IMG/VR virus record: IMGVR_UViG_3300036805_000175
Span: 1 to 64,000 of that record
Direction: 5' to 3' (one strand)
Source of the DNA: a virus
Taxonomy: Duplodnaviria > Caudoviricetes
DNA length: 64,000 nt
Shown here: piece after piece, positions 8,094-16,984 of the stretch
Numbering within the stretch: position 1 is the stretch's first letter
How the letters are laid out: the number at the start of each line of letters is the position of its first letter
The notes under the pieces: model-generated
Told to the model about the DNA's origin: nothing
The model's input: the letters and a program-made list of their open reading frames with translations, nothing else
The model's database searches: none
Program-made: the position numbers and the translations under genes

Positions 8094-8864
8094 ATGAGCA
8101 GGTGCCAGCGGGAACCGCGGACCCCCGAGGCCGCGAACAAGTCCATCCGCAACGCCACCGCCGCTGTCGTGGTCGCCGTGGCCGCGTTCGCCGCAGTCAT
8201 CTCCTACCAGCACATCTACTTCGTCGCCCGCCATCACGGGCAGGATGGCAGCGCATCCGGGCTGCTGCCGCTGAGCGTGGACGGCCTGATTCTCGCCGCC
8301 TCCCTGGTGATGCTGCATGAGTCACGCGCCGGCCGGGACACCCCGCACCTGACGCGCTTCGCACTCTGGCTCGGCATCGTGGTCACGGTCGCGGCCAACG
8401 TCGGCTATGGCGTCCCCTTCGGCATCGTGGGTGCGCTCGTGTCCGCATGGCCGGCGCTGTCCTTCGTGCTCGCCGTGGAGATGCTGATGGGTCTCGTCCG
8501 GCGCTCCCGCAGTGCACCCGTGGCGCAGCCTGAGACCGCGCCGGAAGTACACACCGCACCCGGGTCCGGAACGGTCCTCCCGGCCGTACCTGAGCCCGTA
8601 CCCGCACCGGAGGCGCAGGCGCACCCGGAACGCACCCGTACCCGTACCCGCAAGCGCGCGCCGGCCGTACCCGTGACCGCCCGCGACCCGCTCCTCGAGT
8701 TCGCGGCTGAAGTGGCTTCGGGTACGGCACCGTCGGTGCGCCAGATCCGTACCCGGATGCATGTCGGCCAGGACCGCGCATACGAGATCCTGGGTGACCT
8801 GGAGAAGACCATCACCGAGGGAATGGCCATGGCATCGAACGGGAACGGGATGCAGCATGGATGA
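8094..8864 (+). CDS. DUF2637 (SpdA-like) membrane protein with C-terminal HTH-like tail
   Basis: AFAAVISYQHIY...LLPLSVDGLILAAS...ATVAANV...SAWPALSFVLAVEML; C-term PSVRQIRTRMHVGQDRAYEI. Confidence 0.85.
   Translation: MSRCQREPRTPEAANKSIRNATAAVVVAVAAFAAVISYQHIYFVARHHGQDGSASGLLPLSVDGLILAASLVMLHESRAGRDTPHLTRFALWLGIVVTVAANVGYGVPFGIVGALVSAWPALSFVLAVEMLMGLVRRSRSAPVAQPETAPEVHTAPGSGTVLPAVPEPVPAPEAQAHPERTRTRTRKRAPAVPVTARDPLLEFAAEVASGTAPSVRQIRTRMHVGQDRAYEILGDLEKTITEGMAMASNGNGMQHG
8556..8756 (+). repeat. Cluster of G(T/C)ACCCG direct repeats inside the DUF2637 gene
   Basis: GCACCCGG 8556 and 8621, GCACCCGT 8632, GTACCCG 8598, 8638, 8644, 8667 and 8749, GTACCTG 8586. Confidence 0.6.
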
Positions 8865-9102
8865 GCGCGGAACAGTCCGGTCCTTTGGTTGCCGGTACTG
8901 CGATGGTGCCCGCTCCCCGTGCACATGCAGCGAGGATTGCGGAGCACGCCCGGCGGATCCAGGCAGCGGCGGTCACTACTGCTCGAGGGGTGATGGCTTC
9001 GGGGAGTGGCGTGATGCCCAACTCGCGGCCAGCCGGTCCATGTCTAGTTGCTCCGAGCATCCAGACGGCAGTTGCTTCCGCCAGGACGGGATGCACTCGT
9101 GA
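8857..9102 (+). CDS. Cys-rich hypothetical protein
   Basis: CRYC...CTCSEDC; coupled to the upstream gene. Confidence 0.4.
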   Translation: MDERGTVRSFGCRYCDGARSPCTCSEDCGARPADPGSGGHYCSRGDGFGEWRDAQLAASRSMSSCSEHPDGSCFRQDGMHS

Positions 9103-9350
9103 GCGCGCCCGTCCCGGAGAACTTGCCCAGTTACCTGGACATGACCGAACCGGAGGCCAGGATCGAGCAGACGGGGAGATGGACCTACTCGGTCGGCATC
9201 ACCCATGGTGCCATGTACATCGGCCCGGGCCTGCATGGCGGCGGCTGGCTGGTGTTCGGCCGCGCCCGTGCGGAGCGGAAGGCCGCGCGCGAGCTTGCAC
9301 GGTACAAGCGTGACAGGGCACGCCACAAGGCCGCCTGGACGGTGCGCTGA
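9099..9350 (+). CDS. Hypothetical phage protein
   Basis: GTGA coupling; coding-like codon bias. Confidence 0.5.
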   Translation: MSAPVPENLPSYLDMTEPEARIEQTGRWTYSVGITHGAMYIGPGLHGGGWLVFGRARAERKAARELARYKRDRARHKAAWTVR

Positions 9351-9742
9351 TGCCCGAACGGGAACGGGGCGCACTCGTGACCGGCTGCACTGCGAGCCGG
9401 TTCGGTGATCACGACTACTCCGAGCCGCCGCACAACACCCCGGACGATCCCCGCGACGCTGAGGACACAACGCCGTGCCAGGCGCAACTCAGCCGCGCGC
9501 CATTCCCGCCGTGTGAGCATGAGCGCCGCTACGAACTGGTCGTCTACCAGCCGGGGTCGCATGACTGGATACGGATGTTCGCGTGCACGCCCTGCACCGC
9601 GACACTGCGCCAGTCCAAAGCCCGGATGCTGCTCGGGCCGCCGGGGAACCGGGAAGGCGTCGCCCGCATCTGCACCGCCCGGCAGGATGGTGACATGGCA
9701 GCCGGCTTCAAACGGGAATGGTGTACGGCATGGACGAGATGA
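9350..9742 (+). CDS. Hypothetical Cys/His-containing protein
   Basis: TGATG coupling. Confidence 0.45.
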   Translation: MPERERGALVTGCTASRFGDHDYSEPPHNTPDDPRDAEDTTPCQAQLSRAPFPPCEHERRYELVVYQPGSHDWIRMFACTPCTATLRQSKARMLLGPPGNREGVARICTARQDGDMAAGFKREWCTAWTR

Positions 9743-10131
9743 CCGCGTTCTGTGAGGCCCGGCTGGCTGAGGACGAGTGCATCGCGCAGGGTCTTGCCTC
9801 AGGAGCCATAGGCACCGACTTCTACAGCAGGAGCGGCGCGGACACAGACCTCTACTGGGGTTATATCGACCCGGCCCGCGTGCTCCGTGAGGTCGCGGCC
9901 AAGCGGGCGATCCTGGCCGAGCATGCGCCCGTGCCAGGCGTCACCGATGCGGGTATAGACGGACGTGTCTGCCGCGTCTGCTGGACGACCGGCCGTGAGC
10001 CGGGTGGCCGGTACCTGGAGGGCGATCCGTACCCGTGCCGGACCGTCCGGCACCTGCTCACCGAATGGGACGATCATCCCGGTTACCAGCCATCCTGGGC
10101 ACCCGACGGGAACGGGGCGGCGCATGGGTGA
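9730..10131 (+). CDS. DUF6221-like actinophage protein
   Basis: MTAFCEARLAEDE...DPARVLREVAAKRAIL...PCRTVRHL...DHPGYQPSWAP. Confidence 0.75.
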   Translation: MDEMTAFCEARLAEDECIAQGLASGAIGTDFYSRSGADTDLYWGYIDPARVLREVAAKRAILAEHAPVPGVTDAGIDGRVCRVCWTTGREPGGRYLEGDPYPCRTVRHLLTEWDDHPGYQPSWAPDGNGAAHG

Positions 10132-10492
10132 GGATGTGACTGCGACTGAACCGAACGTGACCCTGTTCAGCGATGGCCTGCTGTCCAAGTGGGGCTTCGG
10201 CGACGGCGATACGCCTGACGCTTGGTACGACTACTGCGACGAGCACAGCATTAACTGGAGCGACCTCAGTTACCCGCTCGTGGCCCTGGTGCGCGCATTC
10301 CTGCTGCCAGCGCTCGACCAGGATGTCGAGGTCGTGGAGATCGGCACGCACCACAACCCGATCCGGGCACGCACCGTCAACGGCGTGAATGTTGAGGACC
10401 GCTGGTACGAGATGGACGCTGGCATAGAACTGACGCCGGAATCCGTCACGGTGCCCATGGCCGAGGTTGTGCGCCTGGCACGCGCAGGCTGA
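10124..10492 (+). CDS. Hypothetical phage protein
   Basis: LFSDGLLSKWGFGDGD...THHNPIRA; strong codon bias. Confidence 0.6.
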   Translation: MGEDVTATEPNVTLFSDGLLSKWGFGDGDTPDAWYDYCDEHSINWSDLSYPLVALVRAFLLPALDQDVEVVEIGTHHNPIRARTVNGVNVEDRWYEMDAGIELTPESVTVPMAEVVRLARAG

Positions 10493-10751
10493 CGCCGGAA
10501 CTAGGCTTTGTTCCACCCCTCCGCCCCGCTCACTGTCTGGCCTGCCTGCGTGGTTCACCTCGTCCTGCCGCTTGCCATCCTCGCTGCTGATCTTCTGTTC
10601 CTGGTCCTGGTCCGCCATGGCCAGCGGGACCGCGACGAGGACGAGGACGGGGAGAGACCGGGTTGGCATCACCGTGACGGATGGTACAAAATGAGGCCCA
10701 TCCCTGTCTCAACCTGGGGTTGAGGGTTGCCGCCAAGGTCAGGAGTGACGA

Positions 10752-11612
10752 TTGCCGGTCCGCGAGCGGTACGAAGCCCAGGACACCGGCAGCGAGCAGC
10801 GGGAATGCGCACGCCGTGAATGGTGCCGCAAGTACACGCTCAAGACTGCGGACGGCCAGACCAGCCGCCGTGGGGCGCTGGGCTACCGCGCCTTCTGTGA
10901 ACTGGATGAGGCCGGTATTGGCGCCGCTCTCGGTGACCTGCCCGGCTACTACGTCTATCTCGGTGCCGAACTCGGGATGCCTGCCACCGATGGCCAGCAC
11001 CTGCATGTCCCGGCCGGCCCGCGGCTGCCCATCAGGCCCGACATCGACGCCCTGATGCGGCTGATCACCGAGACGCTGTGCTCATGGGAGGAACGCGTCC
11101 GCGCGGCGGCGAGGCTCACCACCCTGGACACGCAGCTGTCCCGCCACCGCCGCAGTGGCAAGGCTGTCCTGCAGGCCTCGCGCGTCCTGTCCGCGCACCT
11201 GGGCGTGCTGCTCGCGCTCGCCGCTGAGCCGATGACCCGGCTCAGTGACGGGATGGTGGCCACTGAAGACCTCAGCGGCGCGGACGCCGGCCTGGAGATC
11301 CTGCACCTGAAATACCGGGCCCGTTCGGCCCTGGGTGAGACGCGGCCGAAGCCAGAGGAACTGCTCGGCGTCCTGTGCCGCCGCAAGTCCTGCGACCTGC
11401 GCGCCCTCTACCGCGCCGACCCGCCGCAGCACGACGGCGCGGCCGCTTACTGGTCGGTGTGTGCGGCCTGCGGTGACCGGATGACCGAAGCCCAGTACCG
11501 CACCTGGACCCGCCGCTGCGCCGCCTACGAGCAGGCCAGCACCCGCCACGTGCCGGTCCTGGAGAACCTGCCCAGCGTGGCGGATGTTGGCGCTGTCACT
11601 GTTGACGTGTAA
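10752..11612 (+). CDS. Zn-ribbon-containing putative late-transcription regulator
   Basis: Helical core SWEERVR plus C-terminal CxxxxC...CxxCG; position upstream of the packaging genes. Confidence 0.45.
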   Translation: MPVRERYEAQDTGSEQRECARREWCRKYTLKTADGQTSRRGALGYRAFCELDEAGIGAALGDLPGYYVYLGAELGMPATDGQHLHVPAGPRLPIRPDIDALMRLITETLCSWEERVRAAARLTTLDTQLSRHRRSGKAVLQASRVLSAHLGVLLALAAEPMTRLSDGMVATEDLSGADAGLEILHLKYRARSALGETRPKPEELLGVLCRRKSCDLRALYRADPPQHDGAAAYWSVCAACGDRMTEAQYRTWTRRCAAYEQASTRHVPVLENLPSVADVGAVTVDV

Positions 11613-11689
11613 AGTCCGTGCCCAGGAGCACTATGCCCCGGCCAGGATCATCCGGACCGGGGCATTCGCGCATCTCAGGGAGGGCACGC

Positions 11690-11941
11690 GTGCGGATAAC
11701 CCGCGGCGACGGCCTGATTACCCGCGAGCAGGCAGCCGAGCTCTGCGGCGTCACGCCAGGCACCATCTCACAGTGGATCGGCCGCGGCTACGGCCCGAAG
11801 GACAGCCACCGCAGGCTTCCGGTGGCGAAACGGGAGAACGGCCGCATCCTGCTGGATCCGGTGGAGGTCGCGAAGGCCGACCACGCCACGGCCCGGCGGG
11901 CGCGTCGCATCGTCATCCGCGGGACCGCCTGCGCAGCCTGA
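11690..11941 (+). CDS. MerR/Xis-like HTH DNA-binding protein
   Basis: LITREQAAELCGVTPGTISQWIGRG...LLDPVEV. Confidence 0.7.
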   Translation: MRITRGDGLITREQAAELCGVTPGTISQWIGRGYGPKDSHRRLPVAKRENGRILLDPVEVAKADHATARRARRIVIRGTACAA

Positions 11942-12042
11942 CGCGGCAAGCGGAGGCATATGCCCCGGTGCCCGCTTACCCGCCGCTGAGCGATTGTAAG
12001 CCGTCGCAGGTCAGTGCGGCCCCGCGTAAACGGAGGCGAGTC

Positions 12043-12216
12043 GTGGCCGTCCTCGCTGACCGTGCCCGCAAGGCCCGCAAGGCGTCCTGGCTCGCCTGCG
12101 GCTGCTACGTCCGCCCCGGCCACCTGATCGCCCGCCTGCAGGGCCGCTGGGTGTGCATCGAGCACCTGCTGGCGGCCCGCCGTGAGCCTCACGCCGAACG
12201 GAGTGACCATGCCTGA
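12043..12216 (+). CDS. Small Zn-finger-like protein
   Basis: GGAGG RBS; LACGCYVRPGHLIARLQGRWVCIEH. Confidence 0.45.
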   Translation: MAVLADRARKARKASWLACGCYVRPGHLIARLQGRWVCIEHLLAARREPHAERSDHA

Positions 12217-12547
12217 CCCCATCAAGCCGCCTACGTCTAAGCCGGGCGGCGACGACAAGGCAGCCCACAGTGGCGGCCACGCCAAGCCCGCTGCGGCCAA
12301 GAGTGCACCGGCGGGCAAGCCGGATGAGCCCGCGCAGCCGGCCAAGCCCGGTGACCGCGACGACGGGCATCAGGACGACGAGGCGAAGCCTGCCCGGGAG
12401 AACGACCACCCCGCGAAGCCGGACGCGCCGCAGCCCGCACGCGACGACCGCCCGGACGGCTGGGCCGGTGACTGGCCGCCGTCGTCGCACGGCTCCAGCG
12501 GCAGCGCGAGCCCGCGCCAGCCCGGCCAGCCCACCGAGCATCCCTGA
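12209..12547 (+). CDS. Low-complexity Pro/Asp/Lys-rich protein
   Basis: Disordered composition; coupled at both ends. Confidence 0.45.
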   Translation: MPDPIKPPTSKPGGDDKAAHSGGHAKPAAAKSAPAGKPDEPAQPAKPGDRDDGHQDDEAKPARENDHPAKPDAPQPARDDRPDGWAGDWPPSSHGSSGSASPRQPGQPTEHP

Positions 12548-12649
12548 TGCGCTCCTGGCTGCGCTCGTGCCGCCGCCGCCGGCATGGACGCCGGCAGGTG
12601 CGCTCCCAGATCGAGTGGTGCCTGGACTACATCAGCCGCACCTACGGCG

Positions 12650-12835
12650 ATGCCTGACGGCGCACCGGCTGACCCGTTCGGCGGCCAGGGACTGGCCGAA
12701 GCCGCTGCGCAGATGGCCGAGATGTATACCGCGTTCTGCGCGGCCGGGATACCACCGCAGTCGGTGGCGGTGCTGCTCGGCACGTGGATGGCGACCGCCG
12801 GGAACGGCAACCAGCCCGGCGGTGACGGCACGTAG
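12650..12835 (+). CDS. Hypothetical protein
   Basis: MPDGAPADPF...QMAEMYTAFCAAGIP. Confidence 0.45.
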   Translation: MPDGAPADPFGGQGLAEAAAQMAEMYTAFCAAGIPPQSVAVLLGTWMATAGNGNQPGGDGT

Positions 12836-12844
12836 GCTCGGTAC

Positions 12845-13189
12845 ATGCCTGAGCTGGCCGCCATGGACGGGATGCCACCACCCGCAGACCTGCCGCGCGG
12901 CGATTGCGTCGTGACCACCCTGTACGGCGAGGACGGCTCAGAGACCGGCATCCGCATCGACCAGGCCGACCCGCGCGTGCTGATCAGTGAGGCACTCCTG
13001 GCCACTGTCGCCGATGACCCGCCGCCGTACGCGCGGCTGGACAGGCAGTGCACGCTGCCGGCCATGGGGCGCTGGGGCATAACCATCGGCGACCTGCTGA
13101 AGATCCAGGGCGTCAACCGGACGGTGATCTACCGCCTCGCCGAGTACGTCCCGCGCGTCCACGCCTACATCGGCGAATGGCCAGACTAG
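12845..13189 (+). CDS. Hypothetical phage protein
   Basis: ORF in operon with codon bias. Confidence 0.55.
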   Translation: MPELAAMDGMPPPADLPRGDCVVTTLYGEDGSETGIRIDQADPRVLISEALLATVADDPPPYARLDRQCTLPAMGRWGITIGDLLKIQGVNRTVIYRLAEYVPRVHAYIGEWPD

Positions 13190-13201
13190 GGACGGTGCCG
13201 A

Positions 13202-13519
13202 GTGACCACCCGCCCGCCACCGCTGTACGGCCGGGCGGGCAAGTGCGGCCTGAACATGGGTGCCACGGGCGAACCCGGCGAGCACGCCGCCAGTGCCTGC
13301 GACAAGCCCGTCCAGGTGATCGTCGAGTTCGGCTGTGTCCACGAGCACGTGTTCCGTGAGGGCAAGTGCGCCAGCCACGGCTACCTGCTCGCCTCCGGTG
13401 ACGCGCCGATGGTCTGCTCGGCCTGCTGGCAGGGCTGGGGCGGCGTCACACCGCACACCTGCCGGCTGCTCGGCCGCGTCGTCGCTGACCTCGAAGCCAC
13501 CCGGCAGTCCCGTGCCTGA
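13202..13519 (+). CDS. Cys/His-rich hypothetical protein
   Basis: GCVHEH...CASH...CSACW. Confidence 0.5.
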   Translation: MTTRPPPLYGRAGKCGLNMGATGEPGEHAASACDKPVQVIVEFGCVHEHVFREGKCASHGYLLASGDAPMVCSACWQGWGGVTPHTCRLLGRVVADLEATRQSRA

Positions 13520-13892
13520 ACCGTACGGCTGGGACCACACCCTCGCCAGGCGTGCCGCCGTCAAGGCCCTGCAGCCCGGCACACCGTGCCCCCGCTGCGG
13601 CTGGCCGATGCACCCCTCACTGCGGCAGGCCCGTGCCGCTGGCCTGCCCGCCCGGCTGTGGCGGCTCGACCTGGGCCACTGGCCCGGCCTCGCCTGCGGC
13701 GGCCCGCAGACCACCCGGCTCGAGCACACGTACTGCAACCGCAAGGCGGGGCAGCTCATCACCTCCACCCACCGCAGCAGCGCCAGCCCGCCACGCGGCC
13801 CGGCAGCGGGCAGCCAGGGAACCCGGCGTGGCCGCGGCAGCCCACCCCGGGCACGGCCCGTGACACCTGGTGTGCGCCGTGCACGGTGGTGA
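13512..13892 (+). CDS. Terminase-associated HNH endonuclease (HK97 gp74-like)
   Basis: CPRCGWPM...LDLGH...RLEHTYCNRKAG; directly upstream of the non-coding gap and terminase. Confidence 0.75.
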   Translation: MPEPYGWDHTLARRAAVKALQPGTPCPRCGWPMHPSLRQARAAGLPARLWRLDLGHWPGLACGGPQTTRLEHTYCNRKAGQLITSTHRSSASPPRGPAAGSQGTRRGRGSPPRARPVTPGVRRARW

Positions 13893-13976
13893 CGGCACGG
13901 CACACCTCACGCTCAGTGCCACCGGCGCAGCGGTTACAGCCAGGCATCCCCAGCAGGGTAACGCAGTGCTATCACC

Positions 13977-14289
13977 GCAGGTCAGATGGCCAAGCGTGAG
14001 CGGTGATGTAGCGTAGGCAGCGCGCAGAGCATCGGATGGTAATCACTCACCGTCACATACCAGGGCGACCATCGCACCGGCTACCCACCGTAACCGACGA
14101 GGATGGTGCACTGTAGCGCTCTGACCTGCACGAACATAGCGCAGACCGTTAGCGGCGCTAAGCAATAATGCGGCATTTTTTTCCAGGGGCAGCACGAGTG
14201 CCCGCAGTTTTTTGGAGCGTTTCTCTCCCCGATGGCGAGCGTCCGGCCAGCGGTCACACACCGCTACGGCCACGTTTCCGCAGGTCAGA
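13977..14289. other. Candidate cos/packaging-initiation region
   Basis: Non-coding gap between HNH and terS; three GCAGGTCAGA boxes (13977 +, 14120 -, 14280 +) bracket T-tracts (14176-14182, 14208-14213) and TTTCTCTCCCC. Confidence 0.55.
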
Positions 14290-14454
14290 GCCCTGTATCC
14301 GGCCCTTCCGCACCCTCCCGCTAGCTACGCTGTGTAACGCCCGGGGATTGGTCACCATCCGTGACCCCACGCCGTGGGTAACGGTGGGTGACATCCGGCC
14401 AGCCGGAGATAGTCACCGGGTGTCACTGCGGGCCGGAATCTCCTGACTGGGGGC

Positions 14455-14967
14455 ATGATGCCAGCGTCCGCGCGCACGCAGAAGCAGATCGCGGCCCGGC
14501 GGGCCCGTGTCGTGGCCCTGCGCGCCACCGGCATGAGCTGGGATGACATCGCCGCCGGGGTGGGGGTGCTCAATGCGGCAGTCGCACGCCGGGACGCCCA
14601 GGAGCACGCGGCTGCTGACGCCAGGACTGCGGCGGGCCCGCAGGCGGACCTGGCGGTTGAGCTTGAGCGGCTGGACATCGCCGAGCGTGCCGTCCAGCAG
14701 GTGCGGGAGGCCGCGTCGGCGCTGGCCTCGGCCAGCCCGGACGATGATGACGAGACCGGCGCGGCCGATGACGCGGACGCGATGGCGCTGACGCTGGTGC
14801 TGGGCGCGGTGGACCGGCTGATGCGGATCCACGACCGGCGGGCCCGCCTGCTGGCGCTCACCCCGGCGAAAGGTGCCCAGCCGGCGGGTGCGGGCAAGCC
14901 GAGCGCCATCGACGAGGTGGCCGCAGCGCGCAAGCGGCGGCGCACCCGGTACTCCGCGGCGCAATGA
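14455..14967 (+). CDS. Terminase small subunit
   Basis: N-terminal HTH (ALRATGMSWDDIAAGVG), AVDRLMRIHDRRARLL, acidic/basic tail SAIDEVAAARKRRR; ATGA overlap with terL. Confidence 0.8.
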   Translation: MMPASARTQKQIAARRARVVALRATGMSWDDIAAGVGVLNAAVARRDAQEHAAADARTAAGPQADLAVELERLDIAERAVQQVREAASALASASPDDDDETGAADDADAMALTLVLGAVDRLMRIHDRRARLLALTPAKGAQPAGAGKPSAIDEVAAARKRRRTRYSAAQ

Positions 14968-16655
14968 CGGTCACCACCCCGGCCCGGTCGCTGGTCACTG
15001 GGGAGCAGCGGCCCCGGCTGTTCTCCTGCCCGGCCTACGCCACGTCGGCGGGCGCGGACGTGATCGAGTTGGCCGGCAAGGCGGGCCTGTTCCTGGACGA
15101 CTGGCAGCGGTGGTTCCTCACCCAGGCGCAGGGCGAGCGGGACCCGGACGGCAAGTGGGCCGCGTTCGCGGTGGCGCTGATCTGCTCGCGGCAGAACGGC
15201 AAGGACGTGATCCTGGAGGCGCGGCAGCTCGCCGGGCTGTTCGCGTTCGGTGAGACGCTGATCATCCACACCGCGCATGAGTTCCGCACCGCACAGGAGG
15301 CGTTCCTGCGGATCCTGCAGCTGATCGAGGGCTACCCGGACCTTGACCAGGAGGTCGCGAAGGCCCCGGCCAGCCACGGCGAAGAGGGCATCATCCTCAA
15401 GCCGACCCCGACGGTCATCACGGGCGCGGGCGGGCACCAGATCACCCGGTCGCGGACGGCGCGGCTGCGGTTCCTGGCCCGGCACAAGGGCGCCGGCCGC
15501 GGGTTCACCGGGGACCTGGTGATCTACAACGAGGCGATGTACCTGGACTCCGGCCCGGTGGCGGCGTCGCTGCCGACGATGGCGACGCGGATGAGCCAGA
15601 CCGACGGCGGCCCGCAGGTGTGGTACACGGGCAGTGCCGGGGTGGGCGCGGCGAGCCAGCAGCTGGCGCGGGTGCGGGAACGCGGCATCGCCGGCGGCAC
15701 GTCGCTGTGTTTCGCCGAGTGGTCCATCGAGCTGTGCGACGAGGCGTGCCCGCCGCGCTGCGGCGCGCACGACGACCCGGGCACCGAGCAGGCCGCGGCG
15801 AAGGCGAATCCCGGCTACAACCTGCCCGGCCGGTACGACCCGGAGATGGTCCAGCGGTTCCGTGACGAGATGGACGAGCCCACGTTCCTGCGGGAGATCC
15901 TGGGCGTGGGCACCTACCCGGTGCCCGCCGAGGGCTGGGCGGTCATCCCAAAGACCTGGTGGGCTTCCACGATGGCGGGTGATGACCAGCGGGCCGCCCG
16001 GCCGGTGTTCGCGATCGACACCACGCCGGACCGGGCGTACACGTCGGTGGCGGCGTGCGGCACGCCCGGCGGCACGGATAAGCCGCGGATCGAGCTGTGT
16101 GACCACCGGGCCGGGCAGCGGTGGGCCGCCGCCTATGCCGCCAGCCTGGACGAGCGGCGCGGCCCCGGCGTGTGGATCGTGGACAAGGGTGCCGCCGCGG
16201 GGACGCTGATCGGCGCGCTGGAGGACGCCGGGCTGCGGGTGGAGTGCCCGACGGCGACCGATGTGGCGCACGCCTGCGGGCGGCTGTATGACGCGCTGCG
16301 CGACCGCGAGATCGACCACGCCTGCGACCGGGAGGTGCAGACCGGGCTGGCCGGGCTGGCGCAGCGGCGGCTCGGCGCCGGGTTCGCCTGGGACCAGCGC
16401 GCCGCCGTGGTGGACATCTCCGGCGTGTACGCGTACACGTTCGCGTTCTGGGGCTGGGAGAAGTTCGGCGGCCAGCCCGCGGACTATGACACCGGCGAGT
16501 CGGTCGGGTTCGGCCCGGCGCAGATCATCAGCCTGTTCACCTCCGGCACCTACGGGGCCGAGCAGATGCGGCGGATGCGCGGCCGCGGCCTGATCACCGA
16601 CGACATGCTGGCCGGGCTCGCCGCCGCGGGCGTGCACGTGCCGGCGGGCATCTGA
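14964..16655 (+). CDS. Terminase large subunit
   Basis: LDDWQRWFL, ICSRQNGKD, IIHTAHEFRTA, RGFTGDLVIYNEA, nuclease domain VFAIDTTPDR. Confidence 0.95.
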   Translation: MTVTTPARSLVTGEQRPRLFSCPAYATSAGADVIELAGKAGLFLDDWQRWFLTQAQGERDPDGKWAAFAVALICSRQNGKDVILEARQLAGLFAFGETLIIHTAHEFRTAQEAFLRILQLIEGYPDLDQEVAKAPASHGEEGIILKPTPTVITGAGGHQITRSRTARLRFLARHKGAGRGFTGDLVIYNEAMYLDSGPVAASLPTMATRMSQTDGGPQVWYTGSAGVGAASQQLARVRERGIAGGTSLCFAEWSIELCDEACPPRCGAHDDPGTEQAAAKANPGYNLPGRYDPEMVQRFRDEMDEPTFLREILGVGTYPVPAEGWAVIPKTWWASTMAGDDQRAARPVFAIDTTPDRAYTSVAACGTPGGTDKPRIELCDHRAGQRWAAAYAASLDERRGPGVWIVDKGAAAGTLIGALEDAGLRVECPTATDVAHACGRLYDALRDREIDHACDREVQTGLAGLAQRRLGAGFAWDQRAAVVDISGVYAYTFAFWGWEKFGGQPADYDTGESVGFGPAQIISLFTSGTYGAEQMRRMRGRGLITDDMLAGLAAAGVHVPAGI

Positions 16656-16672
16656 GACGGGGAGGACCCGGC

Positions 16673-16984
16673 ATGACGACGACCACGCCCGCGCCGCCGG
16701 TCCTCAACGGGGCCGGCCCGCGGCTGTCCCGCCGCCGCAGGGCCGCACGCTGGGCACGGTGGGCCCGTGACCGCGGCATCCGGGCCGCCAACCGGGTGGC
16801 TGCGTGGCGGTGGGCACCCGCACTCCCGGGCGTGGCCGGGGTGGTGCTCACCTCGATGGCCGCCGGCGGTGTCGTGGGCGAGGCGGTGAACTGGCTGTTC
16901 GGCCTGTGGGCCGGGGTGGGCTTGCTGGGCCTGTTCCTGCTGCGCATCGACCACCGCCTGCCACCGCCGCGCATGGAGCGGTAG
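16673..16984 (+). CDS. Small membrane protein preceding portal
   Basis: Two hydrophobic segments; a common position in actinophages. Confidence 0.6.
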   Translation: MTTTTPAPPVLNGAGPRLSRRRRAARWARWARDRGIRAANRVAAWRWAPALPGVAGVVLTSMAAGGVVGEAVNWLFGLWAGVGLLGLFLLRIDHRLPPPRMER

